A DNA stretch of 64,000 nucleotides from Gammaproteobacteria bacterium (GCA_028284465.1 JANQRR010000023.1:1894-65893); one strand, 5' to 3'; shown: positions 30,558-41,138, counted from the first letter of the stretch. Made by a program: numbers and translations. Notes: generated by a model from the sequence alone, not told the origin.

Positions 30558-31007
30558 ATGTCCAAAGATCCACAAGGTGATGCATACAAAGCGTGGCGAC
30601 GCAAGAACTTCAATGACAAAAAGACCACAGAAGATGCTATCAAGAGATCTTCAGCACCCAAAACAAATTACGAATATAAAGTAGGGAGAGACGGAAAATT
30701 GAAAGAAGACAACGTCAATCGTTATGTTGATTTTATCAGCAAGCAGAAAGAGAAGGAAGACTATGGTTATCCAACTCGAATCAAAGAACCAACAAAAGTA
30801 GAAGAGCCAGAAAAAGTAGAAGTTGAAGAAGGTTCTGTATCCGATCTTTCACCACGCTACAAAGCAGCTGGACATAAAACACTAACTCAACAAGCCAAAG
30901 AATTAAAAGATAAATATGGCTATGTTTCTAAGCAAAGTAAAAATAAAGAAAAAATTCCAGCTTGGAAAAAAATGCAAATGAAAGACGGCACAGCCGACAA
31001 CGTATAA
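30558..31007 (+). CDS. Lys/Glu-rich hypothetical late protein
   Basis: CATAAATA near 30507; GAGG SD before MSKDP. Confidence 0.6.
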   Translation: MSKDPQGDAYKAWRRKNFNDKKTTEDAIKRSSAPKTNYEYKVGRDGKLKEDNVNRYVDFISKQKEKEDYGYPTRIKEPTKVEEPEKVEVEEGSVSDLSPRYKAAGHKTLTQQAKELKDKYGYVSKQSKNKEKIPAWKKMQMKDGTADNV

Positions 31008-31021
31008 GGGAGAAACTTTAA

Positions 31022-31417
31022 ATGGCAGTACAATACTCTGTCGCTGTTCGAAACGCTCAATTGGATGCAATTGAAACTACCATTTCTACTGCACCAACTT
31101 TGAATATCTTTACTGGTTCTGCACCAGCTGATTGCGCTACTGCAAACTCTGGTACGCTTTTGGCCAGCATGACATTGCCATCAGATTGGATGGCAGCTGC
31201 ATCATCTGGTTCTAAAGCAAAGAATGGTACTTGGGAAGATACTTCTGCTGACGATACAGGAACAGCCGCACATTTCCGCATTCACCAAGGCACTACATGC
31301 CACATGCAAGGCACCGTTGGTCAAGGATCTGGTGACTTGTCTTTGGACAACACGTCGATTGCTTCTGGCCAGCAAGTTACGATTACCACGTTCACTATCT
31401 CGGCTGGTAACGCCTAA
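31022..31417 (+). CDS. Small virion structural protein heading the fibre module
   Basis: RNAQLDAI...IFTGSAP...GTAAHFRI, a pattern common in small phage structural proteins; strong SD. Confidence 0.65.
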   Translation: MAVQYSVAVRNAQLDAIETTISTAPTLNIFTGSAPADCATANSGTLLASMTLPSDWMAAASSGSKAKNGTWEDTSADDTGTAAHFRIHQGTTCHMQGTVGQGSGDLSLDNTSIASGQQVTITTFTISAGNA

Positions 31418-31426
31418 TAAACTAAA

Positions 31427-34400
31427 ATGGCTACGTTAGGAAAATGGACAGGGGGAGTTATTGCTCCCCTTACTCCTGGCACGACATATGCCGCTCCAAA
31501 CGGCATGTTTCCTACCGAAGCTCGTAATGATTCTTCGGCGTACACATTTACGTCTTCTACGTCTACTTTAACACTTCCATCGTCCGGACTTGCAGATGGC
31601 TACCTTATGGTAGCTGCCGTTGAAACTGAAGATGCTTCTAACGGACGATACAATCCCACAGGACAATTTGTTCAAGCTTCTGGCACTGGTAACTTCGTTA
31701 CTGGTGAAACTTCTGGTTATTCTCGCGATAACTCAGAAGATCGCGCGTACGTGCGCGTGTGGGCATTTGTAGATAATCCATCTGCATCTTCTACATATCA
31801 ATTTCAATGGCGTCGTGATAGCGATAGCCCTGGTGCTGCCGATGGTATTGTTCGATCTGAATTTGTTGTCATACCATTCTACTATTCCAATCATGGTATC
31901 TATAGCTCTAGCACAGCTGCTTTGTACGGTGGCACAACACCAAACCAAGTAACTGGCTTTGCAGCTGTTGATGAATCCGACACAGCTGCAATTGAATTAT
32001 CTTCGAACCAATTCACTGTTAAAGGCGATAATAAAAAATACTTTATTATTGGTTCTCACTTTGGTGATCATGGATCTAGCCGTACGCAACGTTGGGGCGG
32101 TTTGTACACTGGCAGTGCCATGGTTCGTGATGCCATGTCTGTTGCCTACATGCGTAACAGTTCGAACGAATATGGTGGTGGTATGTTCCACACACTTGTG
32201 GAAACAAGCACCACTGATGTTACGTATGAAATGCGCAAGTGGCGTGGTGATGGCGTTTTGGATGGTGAAGGTGGTGCTAACAGTGACGGCACAACTGGTA
32301 CAGATCACCATTACGCACTAGTTATTCTCGAATTAAATGATAGCGCAGAAGGCTTCCATTCTATAGACGCAACTGGTGGTACTGAATTTGCTACTGGTGG
32401 TCCTATTGATGTTCCCATTGCACGAACAACAGACATTACATTTAATGATTCTGCTTCTTTCACCAGATCTACAGATAATGCTTTCAACACCGAACAAGAC
32501 ATGGATGCTTTGTTTGGTGGTAACATTTCTGTTGCTTCTTACATTGTTGGTACTGGTTCTCGATGGACAGCGTATGCAGAATTTACTGTCAATGGCACAG
32601 AACAAACAGACACATTTCACGGCAACTATTCTAGAAACAACCAAGGCTCTCAAGACACTTTTGGTTTCTCTGCAAATCCATTATCATTTCTTGCTCTAAC
32701 AAATGGTGATGATGTTGGTGTATCTGTCACTGAACTTACTGGTACAGAAGGCGGCGGTGGTGCGCAAAGATCGCCTGCCAACTGGACTGGTTTTTGGGGC
32801 TTAAACCTTGACACACTAGAAGATGCTGGCGGTGGCGGAATTACTGGTACGTCATCTACAACAGTTGATGACAACACACTATCTGCCACTGGCGAAGCTG
32901 ACATCGATGGTACTGCCTCAATTACGTCTGCTGATGATACTATCACAACTGCCGGTGAAGTAGATATAACTGGTACGTCAGCTACGACTGACGATGATAA
33001 TACACTATCTGCTACTGGTGCTGTTGGTAATATTATTACTGGTACTGCTACTATTACACAAGACGATAATACGTTAAGTGCAGTTGGTGATGTTATTATT
33101 GAAAGCATTAGTGCAATCACAAATGACGATGATACACTATCTAGTGTTGGTGAAGTAGATATAACAGGCACCAGCACAACCACAGATGACGATAACACAC
33201 TATCATCTACTGGTACCGTTGGTGACAACATCACTGGCACTGCATCCATTACGCAAGACGACAACACATTAAGTGGTGTTGGTGAAGTTGATATAACTGG
33301 TACTAGTGCTATAACCAACGACAGCGATAGCACAGCCACCAATGGCGATGTCATTGTTGAAGGCGAAACACCAGCTGGTGATACTGTTTATGATTTTGAA
33401 TCTTCATTAACAATTGATACTGGTGAAACTTCTTATTTCACTAGAACAGCAAACTCTGCAAAAAATGGCTCATTTGGTCTTTTAGGACGTGGTTCTAATA
33501 GCTATCGTGAAGCCGTCATTTCAGGCACAGATGAAGCTCTTGATGGCTTGCATATTGGTGCATGGTTGCGTGCAGATGACGATGGTGGTCACTCATTTAA
33601 AGCTCCTGGTATTATATATTGTTGGACTGACGCATCAAACCACTACGTTGCTGGTATTGATATGCGTGATCCAAACATTTACATTCGAGAACCATTTTCT
33701 AGTTTCGGTAGTGAAAGCTCGTCACTAAGCAACTCGTCCATTGTCCATGACACTTGGTTTTGGATGGAAGTTACTGGTAACAGCACCAGTTCTACAGCCA
33801 CTCTATACGACGATATTGGCGGCACTGTAATTGCTACAGTAACACGTGTAGATAATACACAAACATCTGGTCCTATCGGTGTTGCTGTTTACTCTGATGG
33901 TGCTTTTGATGATCTTACCATTATTAGTGGTGGTCCTGCTGGAATTGTTGGTGACGACAATACTCTTTCTGCTGCTGGTACTGCCGACGAAAATGCTGTA
34001 CTTAACGTTACTCAGGATGACAACACACTAAGTTCTGTTGGTGATGTTGATGTTGCTGGTACGTCAATCACCACAACTGATGATAATACATTATCTTCTG
34101 ACGTTGATGTTATTGTAGATGGTACAAGCAATAATACTGATGACGATAACACCACAAGCACCGATGGCGATGTTATCGTTGATGCTACTGCTTCTATTAC
34201 ACAAGATGATCAAACGTTAAGTGCAACTGGTTTGGTTGTTGCTGGACTTGTTGGTTCTGCTGCAATTACGCAAGATGATAATACTTTATCATCCACTGGT
34301 GAAGTTGATGTAGCAGGCACAAGTGCAACCACGGACGATGATAATACCACTACAACCGATGGTGACGTACTTATTTCTGGTACATCATCAACTACAAATG

Positions 34401-35194
34401 ATGATAATACTACATCTACGGCTGGTGAAATTGACATTGATGGTACTAGTAGCACAACCAATGATGATGGCAACACAAGTACTGATGGCGACGTTCTAGT
34501 CTCTGGTATATCGTCAACAACAAAAGATAACGACACGCTTTCTGCTGCCGGTGTTATTGGTGATATCAACACTGGTACACTCAACACCACGCAAGATGAC
34601 AATACAGTCATAAGCACTGGTGAAGTTGACATTACAGGCACGACTGGTGCTACGCAAGATGGTGACACATCAACTGGCGATAGTGATGTCATTGTTGATG
34701 GTACAGGCGCAATCACAGCTGAAGGCGACAGTATTGCCACAGATGGCGATGTGATTGTTTTTGGCTCACTATCAGCTACACAAGACGATGATACACTTTC
34801 TGCTACTGGTGGCCTAACAGCTGAAGGCACTAACACCACAACACAAGATGATCAAACGTTAAGTGCAACTGGTACAATTGTTGTTGATGGTACGTTAAAC
34901 GTAACGCAAGATGCGCAAACACTTTCTGCAACTGGTTCTGAAACTGGTGATGGATTAGACGAAACTCAAGACGACAACACATTAACTGCCAATGGTAATG
35001 TAATTCTAATTGATTTCTATCGTGATCCATTGCGTGGTGTTGGCTGTTTAAATGATACTGTTAATTCTAGAAATAACATTTCAACAATAATAGGAAAAGG
35101 ATCAACACAAGGAATTACAAGTAAAGGAAACATTTCAACAAAGTCAGGCGTTGGTTCTCTGAAACATAAGACTGGTTCAGGGAGCATTTTCTAA
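31427..35194 (+). CDS. Large acidic fibre-like protein with 21-aa repeats and globular inserts
   Basis: Repeats like ITGTASITQDDNTLSAVGEVD; N-terminal and central non-repeat domains. Confidence 0.75.
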   Translation: MATLGKWTGGVIAPLTPGTTYAAPNGMFPTEARNDSSAYTFTSSTSTLTLPSSGLADGYLMVAAVETEDASNGRYNPTGQFVQASGTGNFVTGETSGYSRDNSEDRAYVRVWAFVDNPSASSTYQFQWRRDSDSPGAADGIVRSEFVVIPFYYSNHGIYSSSTAALYGGTTPNQVTGFAAVDESDTAAIELSSNQFTVKGDNKKYFIIGSHFGDHGSSRTQRWGGLYTGSAMVRDAMSVAYMRNSSNEYGGGMFHTLVETSTTDVTYEMRKWRGDGVLDGEGGANSDGTTGTDHHYALVILELNDSAEGFHSIDATGGTEFATGGPIDVPIARTTDITFNDSASFTRSTDNAFNTEQDMDALFGGNISVASYIVGTGSRWTAYAEFTVNGTEQTDTFHGNYSRNNQGSQDTFGFSANPLSFLALTNGDDVGVSVTELTGTEGGGGAQRSPANWTGFWGLNLDTLEDAGGGGITGTSSTTVDDNTLSATGEADIDGTASITSADDTITTAGEVDITGTSATTDDDNTLSATGAVGNIITGTATITQDDNTLSAVGDVIIESISAITNDDDTLSSVGEVDITGTSTTTDDDNTLSSTGTVGDNITGTASITQDDNTLSGVGEVDITGTSAITNDSDSTATNGDVIVEGETPAGDTVYDFESSLTIDTGETSYFTRTANSAKNGSFGLLGRGSNSYREAVISGTDEALDGLHIGAWLRADDDGGHSFKAPGIIYCWTDASNHYVAGIDMRDPNIYIREPFSSFGSESSSLSNSSIVHDTWFWMEVTGNSTSSTATLYDDIGGTVIATVTRVDNTQTSGPIGVAVYSDGAFDDLTIISGGPAGIVGDDNTLSAAGTADENAVLNVTQDDNTLSSVGDVDVAGTSITTTDDNTLSSDVDVIVDGTSNNTDDDNTTSTDGDVIVDATASITQDDQTLSATGLVVAGLVGSAAITQDDNTLSSTGEVDVAGTSATTDDDNTTTTDGDVLISGTSSTTNDDNTTSTAGEIDIDGTSSTTNDDGNTSTDGDVLVSGISSTTKDNDTLSAAGVIGDINTGTLNTTQDDNTVISTGEVDITGTTGATQDGDTSTGDSDVIVDGTGAITAEGDSIATDGDVIVFGSLSATQDDDTLSATGGLTAEGTNTTTQDDQTLSATGTIVVDGTLNVTQDAQTLSATGSETGDGLDETQDDNTLTANGNVILIDFYRDPLRGVGCLNDTVNSRNNISTIIGKGSTQGITSKGNISTKSGVGSLKHKTGSGSIF

Positions 35195-38100
35195 TGGCAA
35201 TTGAAGACGATCTCACTTTATCAGAAACCATACCACAAGGTTCACAAGACGTTGATAGTTATGACGGCGAATCTGTTGTATTTGCTGCTAACGTAACTTT
35301 CTCTTCTACTCCTGCCGATGCTGCTCTGTTTGAAAAGGGCGGTTCTGGTCGCGGTGGTTGGGTAGGCATGCGTGATAGTGCAACTACACCAACATTTCGT
35401 GTTCGTGGTGGTACTGGTACAACTACTTCTAGTTCTACTACTGCTATTGCTGTTCTTGATATTACAGACTTTCCACAAGACGATGCAGAACACGTAGTTG
35501 TTTGGGAATTTCGTGTTTTCCCTGGACGCGTACGTCTATGGATTGATGGTGAATTTAAAGGATCTGGTTCTACTACTGCTAACGGTGCATTAGGCGGCGG
35601 TTCTAATGAATGGGAAGGTGGCGGTGGTGGTATGTTTGGTGACGGAAGCGGATCAAACGTTTCCGGAGAACCAAGCTCGTCTTGGGTAAGTGTTTATGGT
35701 GCAAGTTCTGTTAATGGTGGTTGTCGTACATACGGCTTTCAAGAAGTAGATCAACAAGACTATACACCAGCAAATACGTTAAACCGTGTTGAAGGATTAA
35801 CTCTTACCAATACATTTTCTACCACAACTACAGATTTTGATGACACATGGATGAATTTGGCAGCCAACTGTGTTTTTGAAATTGACATGGATTTACCACC
35901 AGCTTTTGATGCTGCTAACGAAGGTCTTATTTTTGAACTTGGTGGTTCTGGTACTGCTGCATGGGTAGGTATTCGTGATAGTGGTGCTACTTTACGTATT
36001 CGTCATGGATCTGGTGCTGTTGATGGTGCTACCGTAAACACAACATCATCCAACGTTTTGTTTATGGATATTCCAACGTCTAGTCTTACAGAAAGTGCTA
36101 ACGTTACATTAACATGGGAAGCACAGATTCATAACGTTGGTTCTGCACGTGCATATATTGATGGTGTACATGTTGCCAATACTAAAGATCCAAATACTAC
36201 TCCAACTGCATTTACGCAAAACTGGTCTGGTACTGACCACGGTGGTCTTGGTGCTATTCCTACTGCAACAAACGTAGCTAATGGTGAAACTAGAGCAGTA
36301 GCAGCTAATATCGTATTTCACGAAATGCGTGTATACGAAAACCAAACTATTATAAATTGGGAAACTGCTGATACTGGAATAACTGGTACTGCTGCAATTA
36401 CCAACGACAGTGATACATTATCTGGTGTTGGTGAAGTTGACATTGATGGTGACGCTACTCTTACTGACGACGATAATACTACTACAACAGCTGGTGAGGT
36501 AGATGTTATTGCTACTGCTGCTATTACGCAAGCAGGCGATACGACAAGCACAAATGTTGATGTTATTGTAGATGGCACAAGCACCACAACTAGTGATAAT
36601 AATACTTTAAGTTCAACTGGCACAGTTGATGATCCTGCTATCACTGGCACCGCTTCAATTACGCAAGATAATAATACATTATCGAGTGCTGGTGAAGTTG
36701 ACATTGATGGTAGTAGTACCATCAATTCTGGCGATGATACTATTGCAGGTGATGCTTTTGGTGAAGTGGGTATTGAAGTCACAAGCACCACTTCACAAGA
36801 CGATAACACTTTAAGTGCAGTTGGTGACACAATTGCTGGCGGCACCAGCACCACAACAACAGATGATAATACTACATCTACTGCTGGTGAAGTTGACATT
36901 GATGGTACTGCCTCAATTACAGCTAGTGATGATACAACCACTACAAATGGCGAAGTAGATATTAATGCCACATCATCTACGACTGTAGACGACAACACAC
37001 TTTCTGCAACTGGCACAGATGCGTCTACACTACCAGTTGTTTTTGAAGGATCTAAACTTGTTTTAGAAACAGGCACAAATAGCACTACTTATGAATCCAA
37101 TACGTTCACCACAACTGGTGGATCTGATCATATTCTTATTGCTACCATTGTTATGCAATCTGCTGGTTCCACACTAACTCAAATGGTAACAGATCCCGCT
37201 ACTGTTACTTTTGGCGGCGAAACAATGACTTTCATCAATGGTGTTGAATATGGTAGTGATTCTGGTCCTGAAATTGCAATGTATTATTTGCTTGATCCAC
37301 CAGCATCCGGCAATGTTTCTATAACATTAAGCAGTGCTAGTAGATCTGCTTCTATTACAGTTTCAGAATATTCTTCTGTATCTGCAAGCGATCCTATTGG
37401 TAATGTTCAATCAACAAACACTTCTACAATTGTTTCTATTACTCCTGAAAGTAGCACTAGTTATATTGTTTCTGGTTCTGCTCAACGGGATGGTGATTCT
37501 GGTCCTTATTCACCATTATCAGGCTGGACAGAATTAGCAGATATTAATACTGGTTCAGCAACAATTAACGATCAAGCTGCTTTTGTTGGTGATTTAGAAA
37601 ACGATGGCACTAGCGAAATAGATGCTGGTGGTTCATCAACTTCAGGAAACACAATCAACACTCCAGTTTCTTTAGCAGTTGAATTGTTGCCTGTTCCTTC
37701 TAGTATTGCTGGTACTGCTGCAATTACACAAGATAATAACACCGTTGCAAGTACTGGTGAAGTTGATGTTGAAGGAACTTCTTCAACATCACAAGATCCT
37801 GATACATTATCTGGTGTTGGTGAAGTCATACCATTTATCACTGGTACAGCATCAGTAACTCAAGACGATAACACAACATCTACTGCTGGCGAAGTTGACG
37901 TATCTGCAACATCTTCAACAACTTTAGATTTCCAAACCCTATCTGGTGTTGCTTCTGTTGAGATTGAAGGCACAACTTCAACAACTCAAGAAACTCAAAT
38001 ACTTACAGGTGTTAGTTCAACTGAAGTAGAAGCCAATTCGACTACCACACAAGATGATCAAACCATCACATCTTCTGGCCTAGTATTAATTCAAGGTGGA

Positions 38101-38200
38101 TTATCAGAAACCCAAGATAATAATACTCTTTCTGCTACAGGAATTGAAGGTGGTAATGGATTAGAAGAAACTCAGGATGATAATACATTATCTGGTGTTG
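32839..38200 (+). repeat. Degenerate ~63-bp coding tandem repeats in four blocks
   Basis: Recurrent CAAGAYGAYAAYAC and GGTGAAGTTGAC; exact 33-nt copy at 34199-34231 and 34841-34873. Confidence 0.85.
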
Positions 38201-38355
38201 GTTTAATTCTTAATCGAGATTCAAATCAAATTGGTTATAGAAATGGCTCTTCTCTTGGTCCAATTATCCGTAGTGCTGGCATTACAGGAACTAAAACACA
38301 CAAAGGATCTGCCATCAGAATCATCAATTCTGCTTCAAATATAAAAATCAACTAA
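35194..38355 (+). CDS. Second fibre-like protein with the same 21-aa repeats and lectin/LamG-like domains
   Basis: Two similar N-terminal domains (LFEKGGSG..WVGMRDS / IFELGGSG..WVGIRDS; RLWIDG / RAYIDG) followed by repeats. Confidence 0.75.
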   Translation: MAIEDDLTLSETIPQGSQDVDSYDGESVVFAANVTFSSTPADAALFEKGGSGRGGWVGMRDSATTPTFRVRGGTGTTTSSSTTAIAVLDITDFPQDDAEHVVVWEFRVFPGRVRLWIDGEFKGSGSTTANGALGGGSNEWEGGGGGMFGDGSGSNVSGEPSSSWVSVYGASSVNGGCRTYGFQEVDQQDYTPANTLNRVEGLTLTNTFSTTTTDFDDTWMNLAANCVFEIDMDLPPAFDAANEGLIFELGGSGTAAWVGIRDSGATLRIRHGSGAVDGATVNTTSSNVLFMDIPTSSLTESANVTLTWEAQIHNVGSARAYIDGVHVANTKDPNTTPTAFTQNWSGTDHGGLGAIPTATNVANGETRAVAANIVFHEMRVYENQTIINWETADTGITGTAAITNDSDTLSGVGEVDIDGDATLTDDDNTTTTAGEVDVIATAAITQAGDTTSTNVDVIVDGTSTTTSDNNTLSSTGTVDDPAITGTASITQDNNTLSSAGEVDIDGSSTINSGDDTIAGDAFGEVGIEVTSTTSQDDNTLSAVGDTIAGGTSTTTTDDNTTSTAGEVDIDGTASITASDDTTTTNGEVDINATSSTTVDDNTLSATGTDASTLPVVFEGSKLVLETGTNSTTYESNTFTTTGGSDHILIATIVMQSAGSTLTQMVTDPATVTFGGETMTFINGVEYGSDSGPEIAMYYLLDPPASGNVSITLSSASRSASITVSEYSSVSASDPIGNVQSTNTSTIVSITPESSTSYIVSGSAQRDGDSGPYSPLSGWTELADINTGSATINDQAAFVGDLENDGTSEIDAGGSSTSGNTINTPVSLAVELLPVPSSIAGTAAITQDNNTVASTGEVDVEGTSSTSQDPDTLSGVGEVIPFITGTASVTQDDNTTSTAGEVDVSATSSTTLDFQTLSGVASVEIEGTTSTTQETQILTGVSSTEVEANSTTTQDDQTITSSGLVLIQGGLSETQDNNTLSATGIEGGNGLEETQDDNTLSGVGLILNRDSNQIGYRNGSSLGPIIRSAGITGTKTHKGSAIRIINSASNIKIN

Positions 38356-38382
38356 ATACATTAATCAACAAAAAGGTGTGTA

Positions 38383-38706
38383 ATGACGGTTAAAAACTAT
38401 ACAGTAGACAGATCAGCTAATCTACAGATCGATATTGCCGTATCAAACAGTTCTGGTGCTGCACTCGATTTGGGCGATTACACCAGCAATGCATACTACA
38501 AAACGCATGTAGAAGCTGCAAACTCTGTCACTATTACCAGTGCTGGCTATTCTAATGGTACGCTTAGATTGACGCTCACGGGCGTGCAAACAGCCAATGT
38601 GACAGTCGGTAGGTACATGTACGAAGCTTACATAACACACACATCATCCAACACGTCTTATCGTGTTCAGGAAGGGATTTTAACATTCACCGGAGGATTA
38701 TCATAA
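38383..38706 (+). CDS. BppU-N/Ig-like fibre adaptor protein
   Basis: LDLGDYT...GTLRLTLTGVQTANV..GRYMYE...RVQEGIL pattern. Confidence 0.65.
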   Translation: MTVKNYTVDRSANLQIDIAVSNSSGAALDLGDYTSNAYYKTHVEAANSVTITSAGYSNGTLRLTLTGVQTANVTVGRYMYEAYITHTSSNTSYRVQEGILTFTGGLS

Positions 38707-38707
38707 A

Positions 38708-39040
38708 ATGTCGGAAATTCTAGAACACTACAAAACTTGGCTAGAAGGCGAGCATTGGGATAAAGTTAAGCGCAACAATGATGTTGAGATCCAAAATGCT
38801 CAACAATATGCTGAACAAATGCTCGATCAACATGGCGACGATGAGCAAGTGCAAAAGCTTTGCGCTGCTATCATGAAATTAAATCCAACTGACAAAGCGC
38901 ACCAAGAACAAATTTTAGATGCTGCACAACAGTTGAATGATTACGTTTCTAAAAACGTTGGCCACGAAACTTTGAAAGATAAGTCAAAGAAATCTAAAGC
39001 CAAACCAGAAAAGAAAGATAAAAAAGATGAGGCAAAATGA
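38708..39040 (+). CDS. Putative capsid-internal protein
   Basis: N-terminal HYKTWLEGE; late region. Confidence 0.5.
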   Translation: MSEILEHYKTWLEGEHWDKVKRNNDVEIQNAQQYAEQMLDQHGDDEQVQKLCAAIMKLNPTDKAHQEQILDAAQQLNDYVSKNVGHETLKDKSKKSKAKPEKKDKKDEAK

Positions 39041-39178
39041 CGAGGCTTTTGATGCCATAAAGAATGCTTACAAAAAACGCATACTCCAAAAGCAAAAAGA
39101 AAAAGAACAAAAAACAAAAGATAACGTTAAGCGCGATAAATTATACGACTATTTGAAAAAGCGCAATTCGGGAGCAGC

Positions 39179-39514
39179 ATGTTAAAATTCCGTCAGTGGC
39201 TACAAGAACGCAAAAAAGCTCACTACTCTGGTGATGAGCACGACAGCGAAAACTTTCCACAAGTAGCTGGACGATATAAAGATTTGCGTAACTCGTCACG
39301 TGAGACATTACAGAAGCTTGCTGTTAAGCGTGGCGTAGATTCAACTGAATCCGACACACAATTAACCAGCGACATTCTCCGCAAAGAATTGGGCGATGCA
39401 CGAGTTGATGGATATTACAATCGATCAAACGAAAATAACGTTTATCGTGCACGCATGAGACAAAAAGCAAAAAACTCAGCTAAGGCCAGTTACCAGAAAG
39501 AAAAAGAAAAATGA
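39179..39514 (+). CDS. Putative capsid-internal protein
   Basis: N-terminal MLKFRQWLQE. Confidence 0.55.
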   Translation: MLKFRQWLQERKKAHYSGDEHDSENFPQVAGRYKDLRNSSRETLQKLAVKRGVDSTESDTQLTSDILRKELGDARVDGYYNRSNENNVYRARMRQKAKNSAKASYQKEKEK

Positions 39515-39873
39515 ACATAACAGAAAAATATAAAACTTGGCTAAAAGAATCAGATGAAATTGATTTTAAAAAAATTGTTGAAGAGATGAATGGAATTATT
39601 AAACAAATCAATTCTATCAATGAAGATTCTGATGAACTAAATGAAGGTGTAGTAAAAGCAATTAAAAACGCCGCTTCTATTACTAAATTTGCTGCCAAGG
39701 GAACAGTGCCTATTGCTGCTGCTATGCATGCTGGCATTCTTTTGCACGCACATGCAACTGGTGGATACACACCAGAACATGCCAATACACACCATTGGGT
39801 TAATACAGTATTTGCTGGTTCTCACATTGGTGCTGCTGCACTTGCTGCGCGTGATGGCTTGAAAGAGAAATAA
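39511..39873 (+). CDS. Putative capsid-internal protein with hydrophobic C-terminus
   Basis: N-terminal KYKTWLKE; LNE cleavage-like site; Ala/His-rich hydrophobic helices. Confidence 0.5.
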   Translation: MNITEKYKTWLKESDEIDFKKIVEEMNGIIKQINSINEDSDELNEGVVKAIKNAASITKFAAKGTVPIAAAMHAGILLHAHATGGYTPEHANTHHWVNTVFAGSHIGAAALAARDGLKEK

Positions 39874-40418
39874 TGAGTACATTTGGAACAGCTTTAGATG
39901 AAACACCAGAAAATATTAATTTTCTTTCACCACTTGTCTTTAAGCTGGAAATCAAGAAAACACCAAACCTGACGTTCTTTGTGCAGAACGTAAACCTGCC
40001 AGGAATTCATTTAGAGCCCACAGAAGGCCAAGCAACGCCATTCGTCAATATCCCTTACTATGGAGATCATTTGACGTATGACGAGCTGACAGTGAATTTC
40101 AAGGTACAGGAAAGCATGCATGACTGGCTAGAGATCCACGACTGGATTCGAGGCTTAGGCTTTCCTAAGAACCACACAGAATTTGCTACGTTGGAAGACG
40201 CTCTGCCGATTACAGGTGAAGGAATGACATCTGATATGTCGTTGGTTGTAATGAACTCGAATCGCATTCCTAAGTTCAATATCATCTTCAGAGACGCGTT
40301 TCCTATCACGCTTAGCTCAATCATCTTCGATCAAGCGCAAAGCGATCTGCAGTACGCTACAGCAGCAGCAACATTCAAATACACACTATATGACATTGAA
40401 AGGATAGCCGGTGTCTAA
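39873..40418 (+). CDS. gp3: Tail completion/tube terminator gp3
   Basis: NFLSP..FK, VNLPGI, GDHLTYDEL, WIRGLGFP and F.DAFP..LS. Confidence 0.9.
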   Translation: MSTFGTALDETPENINFLSPLVFKLEIKKTPNLTFFVQNVNLPGIHLEPTEGQATPFVNIPYYGDHLTYDELTVNFKVQESMHDWLEIHDWIRGLGFPKNHTEFATLEDALPITGEGMTSDMSLVVMNSNRIPKFNIIFRDAFPITLSSIIFDQAQSDLQYATAAATFKYTLYDIERIAGV

Positions 40419-40851
40419 ATTTAAAAAAATACTAGCAGAAGTGCGTAGATCAAGAGCCCGCGCATTAAAGCTTGTGAACAATTTAGCAAAACGCTATCCT
40501 GAAGACGATAATATGGATGCTTTCGATCCTAAACATAAGCGACAAATGTCAACTCCAATAAAACAAATAGATCCTGATTATGACATCGATCACGACAGAT
40601 TAGGACGTAAATTTCATACTCGCAGAGTAGCTACACACAAAATAATGTCACCACAATATTCTGTATCTCCTGCTGAAATCAAAGATAAAATAAAGAAAAA
40701 ACAACCAAAAGATTATTTGCCATTAGCTACTAAACATGGAAGAAATTATGTTGTTGATAATGGCAATCATCGAGTAGCAGCTGCTAAAGCACAAGGAAAA
40801 AAATGGATTCGAATGAGGGTTATGAATCCAACTTTCAATAAGGAAAAGTAA
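40411..40851 (+). CDS. ParB/Srx-like basic protein, putative capsid-internal protein
   Basis: N-terminal MSKFKKILAE; VVDNGNHRVAAA. Confidence 0.6.
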   Translation: MSKFKKILAEVRRSRARALKLVNNLAKRYPEDDNMDAFDPKHKRQMSTPIKQIDPDYDIDHDRLGRKFHTRRVATHKIMSPQYSVSPAEIKDKIKKKQPKDYLPLATKHGRNYVVDNGNHRVAAAKAQGKKWIRMRVMNPTFNKEK

Positions 40852-41138
40852 TGTCTGATTATCATCAACAAGCTGAATTTCTACTTACTCGTGGCTACGT
40901 GACTGGTATGACCAAAGATCAGTTAGCTGAGAAGTTATTGCAGAATGCCGAGAAAACACCCCCTGAAAACTCTCATACACGCGAAACTGTATACGACGAC
41001 CAAAGCCAGAGTTTTGTTGCCAAAGTGCGTGATGCAGCTTCCGAGACTCAGAAGCGATTGATTCAACCGGGGGAACGGACTTCAGCCGCTCTTCAAGTGT
41101 GGACAAGCGACGAATGGCCATTAAATCAGAATGACTAA
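40851..41138 (+). CDS. Hypothetical protein
   Basis: TAATG-coupled last gene of the late operon. Confidence 0.55.
   Translation: MSDYHQQAEFLLTRGYVTGMTKDQLAEKLLQNAEKTPPENSHTRETVYDDQSQSFVAKVRDAASETQKRLIQPGERTSAALQVWTSDEWPLNQND

Noticed and set aside
32650-37841. Long minus-strand ORFs (e.g. 32650..33354, 34210..34839, 36318..37085)
   Set aside because: They are antisense shadows of the repetitive fibre genes.
32839-38200. Periodic repeats as a possible CRISPR array or DGR template/variable pair
   Set aside because: The repeats are degenerate, in-frame coding repeats with no unique spacers, no adenine-specific variation, and no cas or reverse transcriptase gene.
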